64,000 bases of DNA from Schmidtea nova. Its lineage: Eukaryota. Below the pieces are notes generated by a model. It was not told the origin of the DNA, ran no database searches, and saw only the letters and a program-made list of their open reading frames with translations. A program made the position numbers and the translations under genes. The stretch spans positions 421,352,001 through 421,416,000 of the forward strand of contig CM097883.1 of assembly GCA_044892505.1 (NCBI GenBank). The letters run 5' to 3'. How positions within the stretch are numbered: position 1 is the stretch's first letter; every line of letters starts with the position of its first letter. Of the stretch, positions 1-11,710 are shown one piece after another.

Positions 1-12
1 TTACCATAACAA

Positions 13-237
13 ATGAACCAATCACCACAACAAATGAACCAATTACCACAAAAAATGAATCAAATAATTCCAATAAACAATCGGTTTAGAGAAAATTCCG
101 CCAAAGATAGCTCTTTACAATTCATGCAAGCTCAGTTGAATATGCAAAGCCAAATGCCACCCGCGAGAAGTGGCTTCCAAAATTTTCCCAATTCTCACAT
201 TACATTTGCGAATCCAACCGGGAACATCCGACAATAA
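13..237 (+). other. Q/N-rich low-complexity ORF fragment of unknown origin
   Basis: ORF track: MNQSPQQMNQLPQKMNQ... No recognisable domain, and it sits at the window edge. Confidence 0.25.
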
Positions 238-337
238 AGACCTAAAATGAATGAATTCAATGATCCAAGTTGTGCTGGTTTGTTGGTTAGATATTCAACA
301 GAGGTTATATTTGATTTTATTGGTTAGGGTAACCTCG

Positions 338-500
338 CCAACATAAACGCTTTCCCCCGCTGATACCCATGATGTATCCCTAACTACTCATCAAATTGGT
401 ACTGTATCAAGGCAGGTGAGCAACCTTGCGGCTTCTATTCCCTTGTTTATTCACGGGTCCACCACTACCGTTAGAAGGTTTGCGTGCTTTTATTCCGGTC
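338..500 (-). ncRNA. Structured element B, copy B0 (subfamily b), 3' of X1
   Basis: Minus strand reads ACC-TTCTAAC-GGT...GACCCGT...CAAGG..AGCC-GCAA-GGTT-GCTCAC..CCTTG, then GATAC-AGTACCAA-[TGATG/CATCA]-G-GTATC, then TTTATGT. Same motif order as the other five copies. Confidence 0.6.
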
Positions 501-660
501 ACTCACATTTATTTAAATTCATTAGGTCTAGGGTATATTTACTTCCTTTATATCCTTTGGCCGAAAATGAATTAGTTTTATTCAATCATTCCATTTACTT
601 AAATACACATTCATTCCTCATACATTCGTAATACCACAATTGAACTATGATACATTTATT

Positions 661-1202
661 TCAATCTAACAACACTGCGGGATTAATAACAGCTAGTAAG
701 TTTTTTTCGGTTAGACCGCTCAGGAGATCTACTTCGATCCCGATTCGTTCAGCATATTCCCTTCTTTCTCGCCTTTTAGCGCCTAATCGATTCCTGCGCT
801 TAGGCCCTTTAGATCCTTCGGTTTTCGGAGTACTTTCTGGGGTGTCTGGATTCGAGTTCAAATTCGTCTCCACCTGTACGCCCATCGAGACGCTGTTTTA
901 TTTTACCCATCGATCAAAGGCACTGGTTCGTATGAGCGGCCGTAATTGCTGTTCAATGAACTCCTTAGTAGAAGCTCGCAGATAATTACTTACAGCGGCT
1001 GTCTCTCGCGCTTGCTCTTCCGCTATTATTTCGGCACGATATCTGGCCTGTTGTATGACCTTTACTCGTTCCGGGTGGAACCAAGTTGTTTTTATCGCTT
1101 GATACTCAGTGTCCAGCTGCCTTAATCGACCTCAAGGGCCTTGACTCGTTGCCGCGATTCCTTTGCCTCTGCTTTGTAGTCGTGGTTCTTTGTTGCACTC
1201 AT
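661..1202 (-). pseudogene. Family X copy 1: coiled-coil protein with basic tail (frameshift plus stop)
   Basis: Manual translation: MSATKNHDYK.../LRQLDTEYQAIKTTWFHPERVK...KEFIEQQLRPLIRTSAFDRWVK*...KRRNRLGAKRRERRE...; homologous to intact ORF 21298-21732. Confidence 0.75.
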
Positions 1203-1446
1203 CTAAAAGAAGAAAATGGGGAAATTAGGGTGTTCTATACATTCATGGTACTCAACCCACTCTCTCCTTATATGATTCATCATAGTCATCAGCATTTAGC
1301 CACTACGATCTAACCCCAAAGTCATCATTCATCCTAACGGCATCACACTGTTTTATGACACTCATTCCCTCATCAACACAGTTAGCAAGGCAGTTCTTTA
1401 TTAATAATCAAACATAGTTATTTTAACATGATAATGTTGTGGAGGC

Positions 1447-1843
1447 TCACAGAAATTCTACTAGCTCCTGATCATAGCTTCGATCGGGTAGTCCTTTGCC
1501 GTCGGTTTGATAAATTTCGGGGCATGGATCCCAGCAGAGCCCATCATGGAAGGTAAACGATGTCTACGTTGTCGTCTAATCAGGTATATATCCTTTCATT
1601 TGGTTTTGCTGCAACTGATTAATCGATGCCGATAGTCACTGTGTTTTCCCGACAAATTTTCTCTGTCGAAACTTTGCTGAATAAAATCTCGAACTCGTCC
1701 ATTCATGTGCATTCTTCCCCCCTTAACAGATTTTAGAAAACTTGGTGCCTCGCCGCATCAACCCTCACATGAAAATGTGTTGCGCTGAGAGGCCGAGTAT
1801 CCCGTCAGATCGAATGACCTTCGGGACAAACCTTATGCATCAT
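1447..1843 (-). pseudogene. Degraded ORF region downstream of the 2.0 kb TATA/CCAAT promoter
   Basis: GC-richer segment with broken frames. A GTATGT donor at 1884 occupies the same position as the 5'UTR intron donors of the Z genes. Product unknown. Confidence 0.3.
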
Positions 1844-2009
1844 GAAGGTTAATAACAATCATAACAAAAATCGAACTAACATACCTTTTACTTCGCACAA
1901 TATACTGGTACAATGATTTCTATTCACACGTTGATTATTCAGTGAAAATCTAACTCTTAACAAGAATGATTCCTGGTAAGAATTGACTGTTGGTAAAAAA
2001 CTGACTCCC

Positions 2010-2065
2010 TTACTGATTTTGACTGCTGCTTATATACTATTTTGGCCTCGCCTTCTGGCCAATCA
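2010..2065 (-). promoter_or_regulatory. Compact Pol II-type promoter (CCAAT, TATATAAG, TCAGT)
   Basis: CCAATCAG at 2059, minus-strand TATATAAG at about 2029-2036 and TCAGT at about 2012-2016. Same layout at 24.0 and 26.35 kb. Confidence 0.6.
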
Positions 2066-2949
2066 GAATTCAGCATGGTTGTCTATTTGTTAGTCATTTA
2101 TTTTTAAATGTCGTGATTTTTTTCTATTAGACCGGTGAGTTTGATGGTTATTCTTTTATTTATGCTTTAGTGGTTTTATTTTATTTTTGATCTCTCTGTA
2201 CTGCCTGAGTGGTCCACCTCCGCATTTATTTTGTACAGAATTTCATTTTCGCTTCGGTAATTTTATTGCACTTTTTTGCTATTCACCCTTCTTTCTATTT
2301 CAGGCCTCGGTGGTTTTCAATTACTCAATGGTAATTTATTATCTTTTGTGCTTATTTTATTTCTGACATTTTTGATAGCTCCTATTCTCGCCTGATTGAT
2401 TTTGCTTGCTCATCGCACAGTTCTCTCATCTCGGTCTAGCGGTAAGTTCTGTATTGTTATTAATATTTTATTGTTATGTTGTTTCTTTCAGGTTTCGTCA
2501 TGCTTTACTGATTGTTTGTCTATCGCTGATGTTTGGTGATTTATTTTATTTAATTTTATTCTTATTTTTCTGTTTAATTTGTACATTTTTTAGATTGTTT
2601 GCGATTCGCCGGGCCCAACCGTTGTCACAAATCGCGGCCAATGATGAATCAAATGCCCAACAATGTGAATCCAAATAAACGGCGTTCTTTCCACCAGGAA
2701 TTCAATAAACCGAGCACAATCGACATAATTACTGCAATATAAGTGAAAATAAGTGAATATAAATTCTATTATAAACATTATTATCTTTTTATTTTTTTAT
2801 AAAAGCAAATTTTATTTAAAAATTATTATACTTCCTATTTTACAGATATAAACTTTACATAAAAAATTATTAACTATTTCATTCTATAGGTGTAAATCAT
2901 ATCATGAAAATTACCTTTACTTAATGTAATGTGAACCTAAATTATTCAA

Positions 2950-3224
2950 CACTACCCCACGAAAATCTCACACTTTCATTTAACTACATTTGAACTACAA
3001 ATCCAAATGCTTCACTTCTAACATTTTATTCATTAGCATCCCAAATAAAATTATCCATTCGCTACCACCCATAACCTCTAACCCACTATCCATAAGATAA
3101 TCAAAATCCTAAAATAATTGATTTCATTATTTTCAAGAAAAAATAAAATTTTCATTAATATCCAATGCATTCATAACACATTCATCCCAGCACAACATCA
3201 CCCAATCAACCATATCACTCATAA
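2950..3224 (-). repeat. Module A copy 1 (G-poor plus strand; probable decayed Cys-rich ORF on minus)
   Basis: Shares the TACCCC(T)CACGA(T/A)ATC(A/T)CA anchor (2958) with 9256, 13813 and 17481, and the CACTCATAA end with copy 2. Confidence 0.45.
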
Positions 3225-3470
3225 TCATGTACAATCACTATTGATATCAAACAAAGAATTAACTTGCATTATTTGTCAAAGAAAATAAAACGTGTATATA
3301 ACCCAGAAATATTCCCTGCATTGAGACTTGAATCTTATAAACCACTGTGTGTAAATATATTTGCTTTCGAGAAAATAGCAGTTCTCGGATTAAAAACTCT
3401 CAATTTTGATTGTTTGGTAAATAAAATAGTTTATAATGTAAAATATTTAATTGGTTTATCAACACTATAA
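3225..3470 (+). pseudogene. TBP-fold (TATA-binding-protein-like) C-terminal fragment
   Basis: TITIDIKQRINLHYLSKKIKRVYNPEIFPALRLESYKPLCVNIFAFEKIAVLGLK aligns by eye to the TBP repeat ...IRLEGL...YEPELFPGLIYRM..P.IVLLIFVSGKVVLTGAK. Too divergent to be host TBP. Confidence 0.65.
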
Positions 3471-3634
3471 ATAAAAAAAACTTTTTCTTTACCAATTATT
3501 TTACAATGCCAAAATTTTCAGAAACAGGTAAATATGTGCTCCATTATTTTATTATTATTTAATTTTTAACCTTTAGAGTTAAAGTTCTTGTTAATGAAAT
3601 TATTGAGATTTATCCAGAAATTAAAGATGAAATC

Positions 3635-3820
3635 TTGAATTGTGCTCCAGATACCGCCGCTGTAAAAGTCTATCAATTTACTGGAATCAATATAGAACGC
3701 ATTATATTCCATCATAGATTTCTAATATGTGGAATAAAAAAACAAACTAATATACTCAAGAAAATAATTTTCCCGTACAAATGTAAAAAATATATTGATT
3801 ACAAACGAAAAAAACTGTAA
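3635..3820 (+). other. ORF fragment co-oriented with the TBP-like fragment, unknown product
   Basis: NCAPDTAAVKVYQFTGINIERIIFHHRFLICGIKK has protein-like composition, but the family could not be verified. Confidence 0.3.
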
Positions 3821-4372
3821 ATATCTACGTTAACGAACTTTACAAATATCCTGAATACTCATGTTTTGATTAACCTAGTTATTATTTTAAAATTATTGTC
3901 TTTATATAATGTTGTAAAAATAGATTATTAACATGAAATTTCTTAAAAAGTTATAGAGGTTTTGTTAAGAAATAAATTACAAGTTGAATCTTGTAAAAAT
4001 ATGTTGAAAAATAATTTAAGATGTGAAAAAAATCAAAGTTAAGTAAGCATAAAATTCAAAAATCATTATTTTCATAAAAGTTTAAACAGAATCTTGTAGA
4101 GAATTAAATTGTGAATAAAATGAGCTATATAATTTTTGAAAATACTATCCAACAGTTGCAGAAAACTTGAAATGTTGTGTCAAAATAAAAATCAATAATG
4201 TAACCCAAATTAAGATATCATATTATAGAGAATAAGTTTTCAAGATTGATGTAATAAATTGTTAAAAAATAGTTGAGCACTTATGAAAAAGTTGAAGTGC
4301 AGCTTGTGCTGGGTTCATGGAAGTTTTGAGAAAAATTAATACGTACTGTGCTAGGGATACCCTATCCATGAT

Positions 4373-4570
4373 CATACATAAAAATACACACTAATTCACT
4401 CGAGCACCCTTAACTACTCCCTGTATAGTTACGTTGGAAATGCGCAAGGTGTATGAAAAATGATTGGCAGATGAGATCAATTGCTGGAACTACTCCCTAT
4501 ATATTTTGACGGGTTCCCGCTGCCGTTTGTAGGTCTTACGCTATTTAACTCCTTCAATAATTACCCTCTT
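4373..4570 (-). ncRNA. Structured element B, degraded copy B'' (subfamily b), 3' of X2
   Basis: Minus strand: AGACC-TACAAAC-GGC..GAACCCGT..GGAGTAGTTC..GATCTCATCTGC..CCAA-CGTAAC..GTTAAG-G-GTG..TTTTTATGT. Colinear with 20890-21075. Confidence 0.5.
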
Positions 4571-4718
4571 AAATCAATAAACACTATTTTTCAAATGTGA
4601 TTTAATTTATTTATTAACTCCTTAAAACGAAAATTTAAAACAACAATGTATGACATCAACAATTCGTTTATTTTATAAAAAATTCGTGAAAATCTTCGTC
4701 GAGCGGTAGGATCTCGGC

Positions 4719-5257
4719 TTACAAATCTATTTCATTTAACTCTGCTATTTGATCAATTTGCGCCCGTAACTGTTTGTCAAATAACTTCTTTTGTCTTCGG
4801 CGCTTGGAGCCGATTCGTTTTCTTTTCTTGGTGCAGTTGACGATCGGTACGACTTTCGTTGATGGCGCTGGAGTTTCCATTATGACTGGCTCTAAACCCT
4901 CAACGTCTGTTCATACCGAACACGCGGGTTTCTTCTCCTTCACCCAGTTTTGATACTTAATGGGCCGGATCTGGGTTCGGAGTCGATGAAGGAGGTTGTT
5001 ACCGAGTGGAGGCACTTTCGTAGTTCAATTTTGGTGGCCTTCCACTCAACCCGGTATTTGTCCGCTGTTCGTTGAGCCCGTTCTGTGCGAGCCATCTATC
5101 TTTCATTCTGACTGGCGCAAACCAGCTCTTTCGCAGGTATTGTATCTGTGCTTCAGTCTTAGACAGTTGGACTTTTATTTGCTCGATTTCCTTCTCGACT
5201 ACGTCTGATTCTCCAAGCTTTATCCAGTGCGATCTGGTGGTTTGGTTCTTGGTTCAT
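4719..5257 (-). pseudogene. Family X copy 2 (several frameshifts)
   Basis: ...KSWFAPVRMK.../EWKATKIELRKCLHSVTTSFID/RTQIRPIKYQNWVKE...KKRKRIGSKRRRQKKLFDKQLRAQIDQIAELNEIDL*; clear match to 21298-21732. Confidence 0.75.
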
Positions 5258-5780
5258 ACTATATAAACGAATTTATTCCGATTAATTGGATAGCTACTGT
5301 AATTTCTATTATATGGTAGAGAAAATGTATTTTACTTAAAATAAATACGCTGTAAACAGCAAAACAACGAAAGAAAATCAATTAGTACAACAATTTATTA
5401 GATTTTATCATATCACACAGTTCACATTGTTAGTTCCTTTTCCCTTTTCCGAATACATGAGCGACGTGAAGGCCCGTGTTATTATGTTAATAAATTGGTT
5501 ATTTGAGTTGGTTAATTTTGACTACTACTAATTGAGTGCTTGGGGATTTGTAAGTGCCCAAGAGAGTCTCCCAAAAATTATTGTGGGGACAATTCGGGTG
5601 CCTGTGTGTGTGTAATGTAGGATTTACTGTGATTAACAAAGATAATTTTAAATAACGAATTAACAAATATCGAACAAATAACTATAATTTCGGAAAACAA
5701 AAATGAAACTCACGTAGTACAGAGATGATGTTTGATTTTCTTGTGGTATTCTTATAAATCGACTTAGTATATGTTTTCTT

Positions 5781-6073
5781 GTATCCGGTATAACGATATT
5801 TTATAGAAAAGTATTTGGAAGGAAAAAGATGTTGAAGTTGACTTTGGTTGAGTTTCCTTTTATCTGGATATTATAACGATATTTTATAGAAAAGTATTTG
5901 GTAGGAAAATAGATGTTGAAATTGACTTTGGACGAGTTTCCTTTTATCCGGATATTATAACGATATTTTATAGAAAAGTATTTGGTAGGAAAATGGATGT
6001 TGGAATTGACTTTGCGTGAGTTTCCTTTTATCCGGATATTATAACGATATTTTATAGAAAAATATTTGGTAGG
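5781..6073. repeat. Tandem repeat, 83-84 bp unit, about 3.5 copies
   Basis: TAACGATATTTTATAGAAAA recurs at 5791, 5874, 5958 and 6042. Confidence 0.95.
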
Positions 6074-6285
6074 ACAAGAATTTTCTTTAGTAATTTTCTT
6101 TTACAATTTACCACAATTCACATTTAACAACGTTCAATTAATTTTTTAATCAATTTTACTTATTTGTGATTTGGCTATAGTAAGCCTAATTCAAATTTTG
6201 AATTAAAATTACTAAAATATAATAATTAATAATAATAATACAAAAATGAAATTGCCCTTATTATTCAGGGATGGGGGGAAATCCA

Positions 6286-6319
<34 letters not shown>

Positions 6320-6334
6320 CTCATAATAAAAACA

Positions 6335-6820
6335 CTAATAATAAAAACAAATCCTTATACTTAACTGTTGGGTTCGACGGATCTCCTCTAGTGACCAATT
6401 TGACATTCTCTCCTCATGTGTCTTTCCCAGAGTGCGCGGCGATGTAAATAGATGTAATCCCAATCCTGTGAGTTCACCTTGAAGGATGTGTCCCCAATAT
6501 ATTACTTGTGACGGTTCTTGATCTGGGCCATTTATTATTATGATCAATCGACCCAACTTCGGAGAATAACATTGGTTAGCCGCGATCGGCCATCCAGGAC
6601 CTTTACGGTATAGTATCTGGCCTCTGCCGGTTTTCCAAATGGGAAACGGACATTTTTCTCCAAAGGCTCTCCTCCACTCGAACATTTGCTCATTGATTGT
6701 CCGTAAGATCGGGGTTGGTACATCCTTTAGCTCTCGCTCAGCCCTGATCTTTGAAACGTCGGTTGGCGTTGATAACCCTCTCTGGGAGGTCACGAGTTTC
6801 TCTATTGAGGTTTGCTCCAT
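6335..6820 (-). CDS. Family Y protein copy 1 (161 aa, unknown function)
   Basis: Open ORF with TAG acceptor 10 nt upstream of the ATG. PFPIWKTGRGQILYRKGPGWPI...VIYWGHI aligns with PFSLFRDGPSDIIWHGSREWPI...VYYQGEI of 22177-22680. Confidence 0.7.
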   Translation of the reverse strand: MEQTSIEKLVTSQRGLSTPTDVSKIRAERELKDVPTPILRTINEQMFEWRRAFGEKCPFPIWKTGRGQILYRKGPGWPIAANQCYSPKLGRLIIIINGPDQEPSQVIYWGHILQGELTGLGLHLFTSPRTLGKTHEERMSNWSLEEIRRTQQLSIRICFYY

Positions 6821-7959
6821 TTGTTTTCGGCTAAAAGGGTGTAGATTACCTACGCAATAGATTATCGCTAATTACAACGAATAATAAGTTGTACCAAAGG
6901 AAAAGGAGAAAAATGTACAGATAACTTTTGTTAAAAACTGTCGCTATTTACATCGATCAGGGCTGCTAAAATAGGTTGATATCAGCTGTCACTATCTACA
7001 GTGATCAGTACACTCCATGTGCCTTAATATGTATTATATCATAATATCTCTGAATCCTTTCTATTACGACTATTCCCTGCGCGTGGAATGAAAGCAGTCT
7101 TGTTTACACTATAATTTCGGCTTTACCCTAGAAAAACCTTACCCTTGAAAATTGGCGAAATAACTTGGCTTATGTACCTCTTTTTTGTGAACATCTCCAT
7201 GGCTTTTTAAACTATAGCAGCCTTGTTCTGCAATCATTGATGTAACTTTTATATCTGATTTTTTTCTGACCCACATATTGCTAAAATTGGTTAAATCAAC
7301 CAAAAAAAATAAATAGTTTAGTAAACACTGTCGCCATGATATAGCGATCAGGCTATGTAATTTAATCTAATGATATCGAACCTTTGGAGCATTTGTTGAT
7401 TTTGGTTTGTGCATTTAATAGAAATCTCATATAGACGAAATCCAGAGGACGGATGAGTTGAGAAGCCTGCTGGATACTGATAATTTGTGGTTCGATTAAT
7501 ATGAAATCCAACGAAGAAAATCATGTAAATCTTTTTTGTAATACAGATTAGGACATTGATCGAATGAAATTCAATAGAAATCCCAGTGATTTGATAGGCA
7601 TGGGGGAATGTGTTCATAGATAATAAATTCCAATTCCTGGTTAACAATTTGTTTTTCTTCTTTGATAGGAATTTGGAGGAAACGATGTGCTGGGTTTTGT
7701 CTTGAAAATTCCAACTCACCCGAGGTTGTTCGAGAACAAATGTGAAACCTGAATAATAAAAACAGAATAAAATTCGAGTCAACAATAATAACTTACTATG
7801 CAGAAAATAAAGAGAGTGAAAAATCACATTTTCAGTGAAAATTAAACTTAAAATCAATAATGTATAGACAACTGGCATGATAGGCATCAGCCAATGAGAA
7901 CCCAGTATTTTTGATTCTCCTAGAAAATTAAAGTATAAAATTAGTGTAAAATGTGATAT

Positions 7960-8782
7960 ATTTTATTTATCAGATATATTTGAAAAACTTAATTTATTAA
8001 ACAAACAGTTACAAGGAAAAAATATGTAATCTCATAACGTGTAAAAAAGTAATTTATGCTTTTTTGGGAAAGCTGAATCTTTCCATAACAATTATTGGTC
8101 GTCGTGAGTTAGCGCAATTTTCATCATTGGTCACAATTTCAAATGAAATACAAGATAATGATTTGGAAATATATATATTAATCATTTGAAACAGCTTCGT
8201 GAGGATATGCGAGTTAGATTTATTGATATTATTAATTTAAATATTCCAGATTGGGTGAATTATCCATTTAGTGTGAATGCAGCTGATATCAATATCGAAC
8301 TGCAAGAAAGTCTTGTGACTTGCAAAGTGATATGAATGCACAAGTTAGATTTAAATTAAATAAAGATAATTTCTGTATCTGCAATGAAATAGTCAGTACA
8401 TTTCCACGGTTATGGGAGAAAGCTAGGTTATATTTCATTGCATTTCCCACTTCTCATTTGGTTGAATCTGGATTTAGTCGAGTTATGCATGTCCTCTCAA
8501 AAGCACGTAACCGTCTTGATGTTGTGCAAAGAGGCGATCTGCGTATGTCGCTAACAACATTGAAGCCCGAAATTAATAAACTCGCTAAATTGCACCAAGC
8601 ACAAGGATCACACTAAATTTCTTTACATAATTTGTTGAAAAAATATGTATGTTTTATATATGTACAAGTTTATTAAAAATATATTTTAGAATTTTTAAAT
8701 AAAGTTTTGTTTTTAATGCCTACTATTTTCGAACAAATATTGAAGGGGGGAGGCACAGACCAAAAAAGGTTGAGAAACGCTG
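7960..8782 (+). mobile_element. hAT (Charlie/Buster-type) transposon 3' fragment
   Basis: Translates YLSDIFEKLNLLNKQLQG...FIAFPTSHLVESGFSRV..LSKARNRLDVVQRGDLR..LT and ends in the TIR AAAAGGTTGAGAAACGCTG. Confidence 0.9.
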
Positions 8783-9244
8783 ATTTAGATCATGACCGAA
8801 GATGTGAATAATTAGTGATTTATAAAAATTGAACCTCGTAGAATTATGAAATTGTAAAATTACAAAGATTTGTATTTTAAAGAATTTTTAAATTCGGTTA
8901 TAAAATTAAAAATTTACTTTTATGGATACTATGTTAGGTAAAAATTGTAATACAAAAAGTATAAATTAAAATTTTTCCTAGAAATTATAAGTTAAAAATA
9001 TATTATTATATTAAAATTTTATTTTATAAAATTCTAAATTTGAAATTTTGTAGAAAAATTTACATCCTTAAAATATAAAAATTCAAATTCAAAAATTTTA
9101 TTATCTTATTATAAAAATTTGAAATTTTATTATTACATAACCTTTGTAAAATTTTAAATTTTAAATTTTGTAAAAGGAATTGTAAAATTACTATTAATAT
9201 TTTACTTCTAAAAATATTTTATATATAAATATATATTATTTTAT

Positions 9245-9775
9245 AAAATACCCCTCACGATATCACAAAATCATAATACATCCATATTTGCAAATCACAA
9301 CATCCATTTCATTCATTAGTAACATTCATATATAATACTAAAATAAAAATCCATTCATTTCTCAACACACGCACTACATGGTTTCACTTATTAACAACTA
9401 TTAACATCACACATCCATAAGATACACACCCAAAAAATTCATTTAATAACATGTGTCTGCATCATACATCCAGAATTTGCACGACCATTAAAATCCATCA
9501 CTGAATTACTTATTTCACCAACACACCATCACATACATTCACAACAATAGGATATTCATTCCAAATTTACAATAGTATACATACATACAAACTGACAACC
9601 ACTGCATCTTCCATCATATATTGTCACCATTCATTTCAAAACCACCTTATGTCAAAATTCAACACTTACGTTCCCTATCACCACATTGCCACCATAAATT
9701 CACCAATTTAAACATTGCAGACAATCTACATCCATGTTCAACCACATCATTCACATTATATCCCCTCACTCATAA
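9245..9775 (-). repeat. Module A copy 2 (decayed Cys-rich ORF-like)
   Basis: Minus-strand frames give MSEGYNVNDVVEHGC..., GRCSGCQFVC, CCEC, KPCSAC, FCDIVRGIL* interrupted by stops. Confidence 0.5.
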
Positions 9776-11422
9776 AAAGTCGGGTATTTTATTTATAAAG
9801 TAGGAATATAAAATTAACAACTACAAAATACAATATTTTATTATTTATCTTTATTATAAATAAAAATTAGGTAAAAATAAAATCGGTAACAACAAACAAA
9901 TATTTATTTTTATTATTAAGTAAATCAAAATTTTAGTTAAAAAATAAAAATCGATGACCACAAAAATCAATATTTATTTTACTATTTATTTTTATCATTT
10001 CAGATAAACGCAAAAAGCAACATTTATTTTAATATTATAAAATAAAACTTCAGTTAAAATAAAATAAAATAAATAACACAAAATACAATACCAATTTTAT
10101 TATTTAATGATAGAGCGAGCAAAAATTTTCACGTAAAAATAAAATCCATAACCACGAAGCAGAAATAGTCTAGGATAACGATAATAAAAACGACTAAAAC
10201 TGATGATCCATATATTTTGGAAATATTTCAAACAGATAGGATATCACAGTGTCGCTAGAAAATGTTTCCGCCGAATGACGTTTGAGAAAACTCCATATCG
10301 AAGCGTGAGTATCAATTGATTGACATTTTGAATCTGAAATGAGAAAAAATTGAAATTTCCAACGGAGTTGGTGTTTGCATCCGAGATTTGGGATTGCAGA
10401 ATTGAGACAAATGATAAGATTCCTAGAAGTCCACTATGATAATGAGTGATGAGGAAAAAAATGAAAATTGTCTTCAATTGTCGTTAAATTTGGAAAATTC
10501 GTCCCGTAGATTTGGAAAGTCACTGTAAATAAAACACTATTATGTTAGATAAAATAAAACAACCAATCAGGCAGGATGAAGGTTGGATCTGATGATTTTA
10601 AACAACCTTAATATATACAGAATTTAACAAAAATCATCTTCCTACAAATTAAATTTTTTTTTATGTCAAGCAAATTACAGAAAATTTTAATCTAAAATAA
10701 AAAGAAAAAACAAAACAAAACTTAATTAACCCCAACGAAGAAAATTGAATGACTATAAATTATAGGAAGTTTTACTAAATTAAATTTGTTACCAAGGCCT
10801 CGACGAGAATCTAAAGGTTAAAATTATTAAATTGGTGGTAAAGTTAAAACCAAATTTAACCTAGCAAGATAGACATTAGGTATAGGGGATAAGTAGAATT
10901 TAGTTAAATTTACTGACACTAAAATATACAAATTTAAACAATCTGGAAAATAATAAAGGTTTAGTCAAAACAATAGAAATCAAATACCCCGAATATATAT
11001 GTTGATGAAAGATTATTCGATCGCTGAATTGAGTTACGATGGTATGTTTGAGCATGAGCTTGGGAATATACTAGAAATGCGAATATGCTTGTTTTCTTTT
11101 GATAATGTAATGGGTAGCAACTGATGGAAATAATTGATTTTATTACGCTTTAGATTTTGATCGGAAAATCGAGAATTCAGTGACAGTAAGGTACGAAAAC
11201 ATCTCGGAAAACCCAGAGAACTTTAATACTCCAGGTACAAATGATTTTATTGATTCTATTCTGCTTGTTCTTGTCCTATGTGCATCGTAAATGGGTCATT
11301 ACATAAATTATTAATGTTTTGATGTTAAAAAAATGTATTATTTTGATGCGATAATATACTTATCGATAAAGATTATTTATTTTGAAATTCCGATTAAAAT
11401 ATTGTTGATAGATTGTTGAAGA

Positions 11423-11710
11423 AAGGACAAAATGGGCATTAAACCTTCTATCGGTAGTCCTTGGACCCAGGAGATAATCGGTCAATCATAGTTTCGAATT
11501 TTCGACGCTCACTGATTGCGAATACCCAACCATTTGTTGCAAACCAACGTTACATTGTAACGGGCAACAAGATGATTAATCTAATGTTTTATGTGTTGAG
11601 TTGTTGATGTGAGCCATAGCAACGTCAAGGTCATATTGACGATCAATAACCCATCATGTTGTTGATGGGAGCTATAACAACGTCAAGGTCATGTTGACGG
11701 TCAACAACCC
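11423..11710 (+). ncRNA. Structured element B copy B1 (subfamily a), with terminal hairpin duplicated
   Basis: ACC-TTCTATC-GGT; CAATCA/TGATTG; TTGTTGC-AAACCAA-CGTTAC-ATT-GTAACG-G-GCAACAA; two copies of GTTGTTGAT-bulge-CGTCAA/TTGACG-RTCAAYAAC. Confidence 0.7.

Noticed and set aside
240-640. Possible retroviral protease after the Q/N-rich ORF, and ORF 416-631
   Set aside because: No D[TS]G motif, and the segment is explained by minus-strand element B0 and the X1 3' region.
5781-6073. CRISPR-like regular repeat
   Set aside because: Whole units repeat with no unique spacers, in a eukaryotic context with no cas genes.
7348-7887. 179-aa hydrophobic minus-strand ORF
   Set aside because: Composition typical of AT-rich non-coding or antisense frames, with no motif or paralogue in the window.
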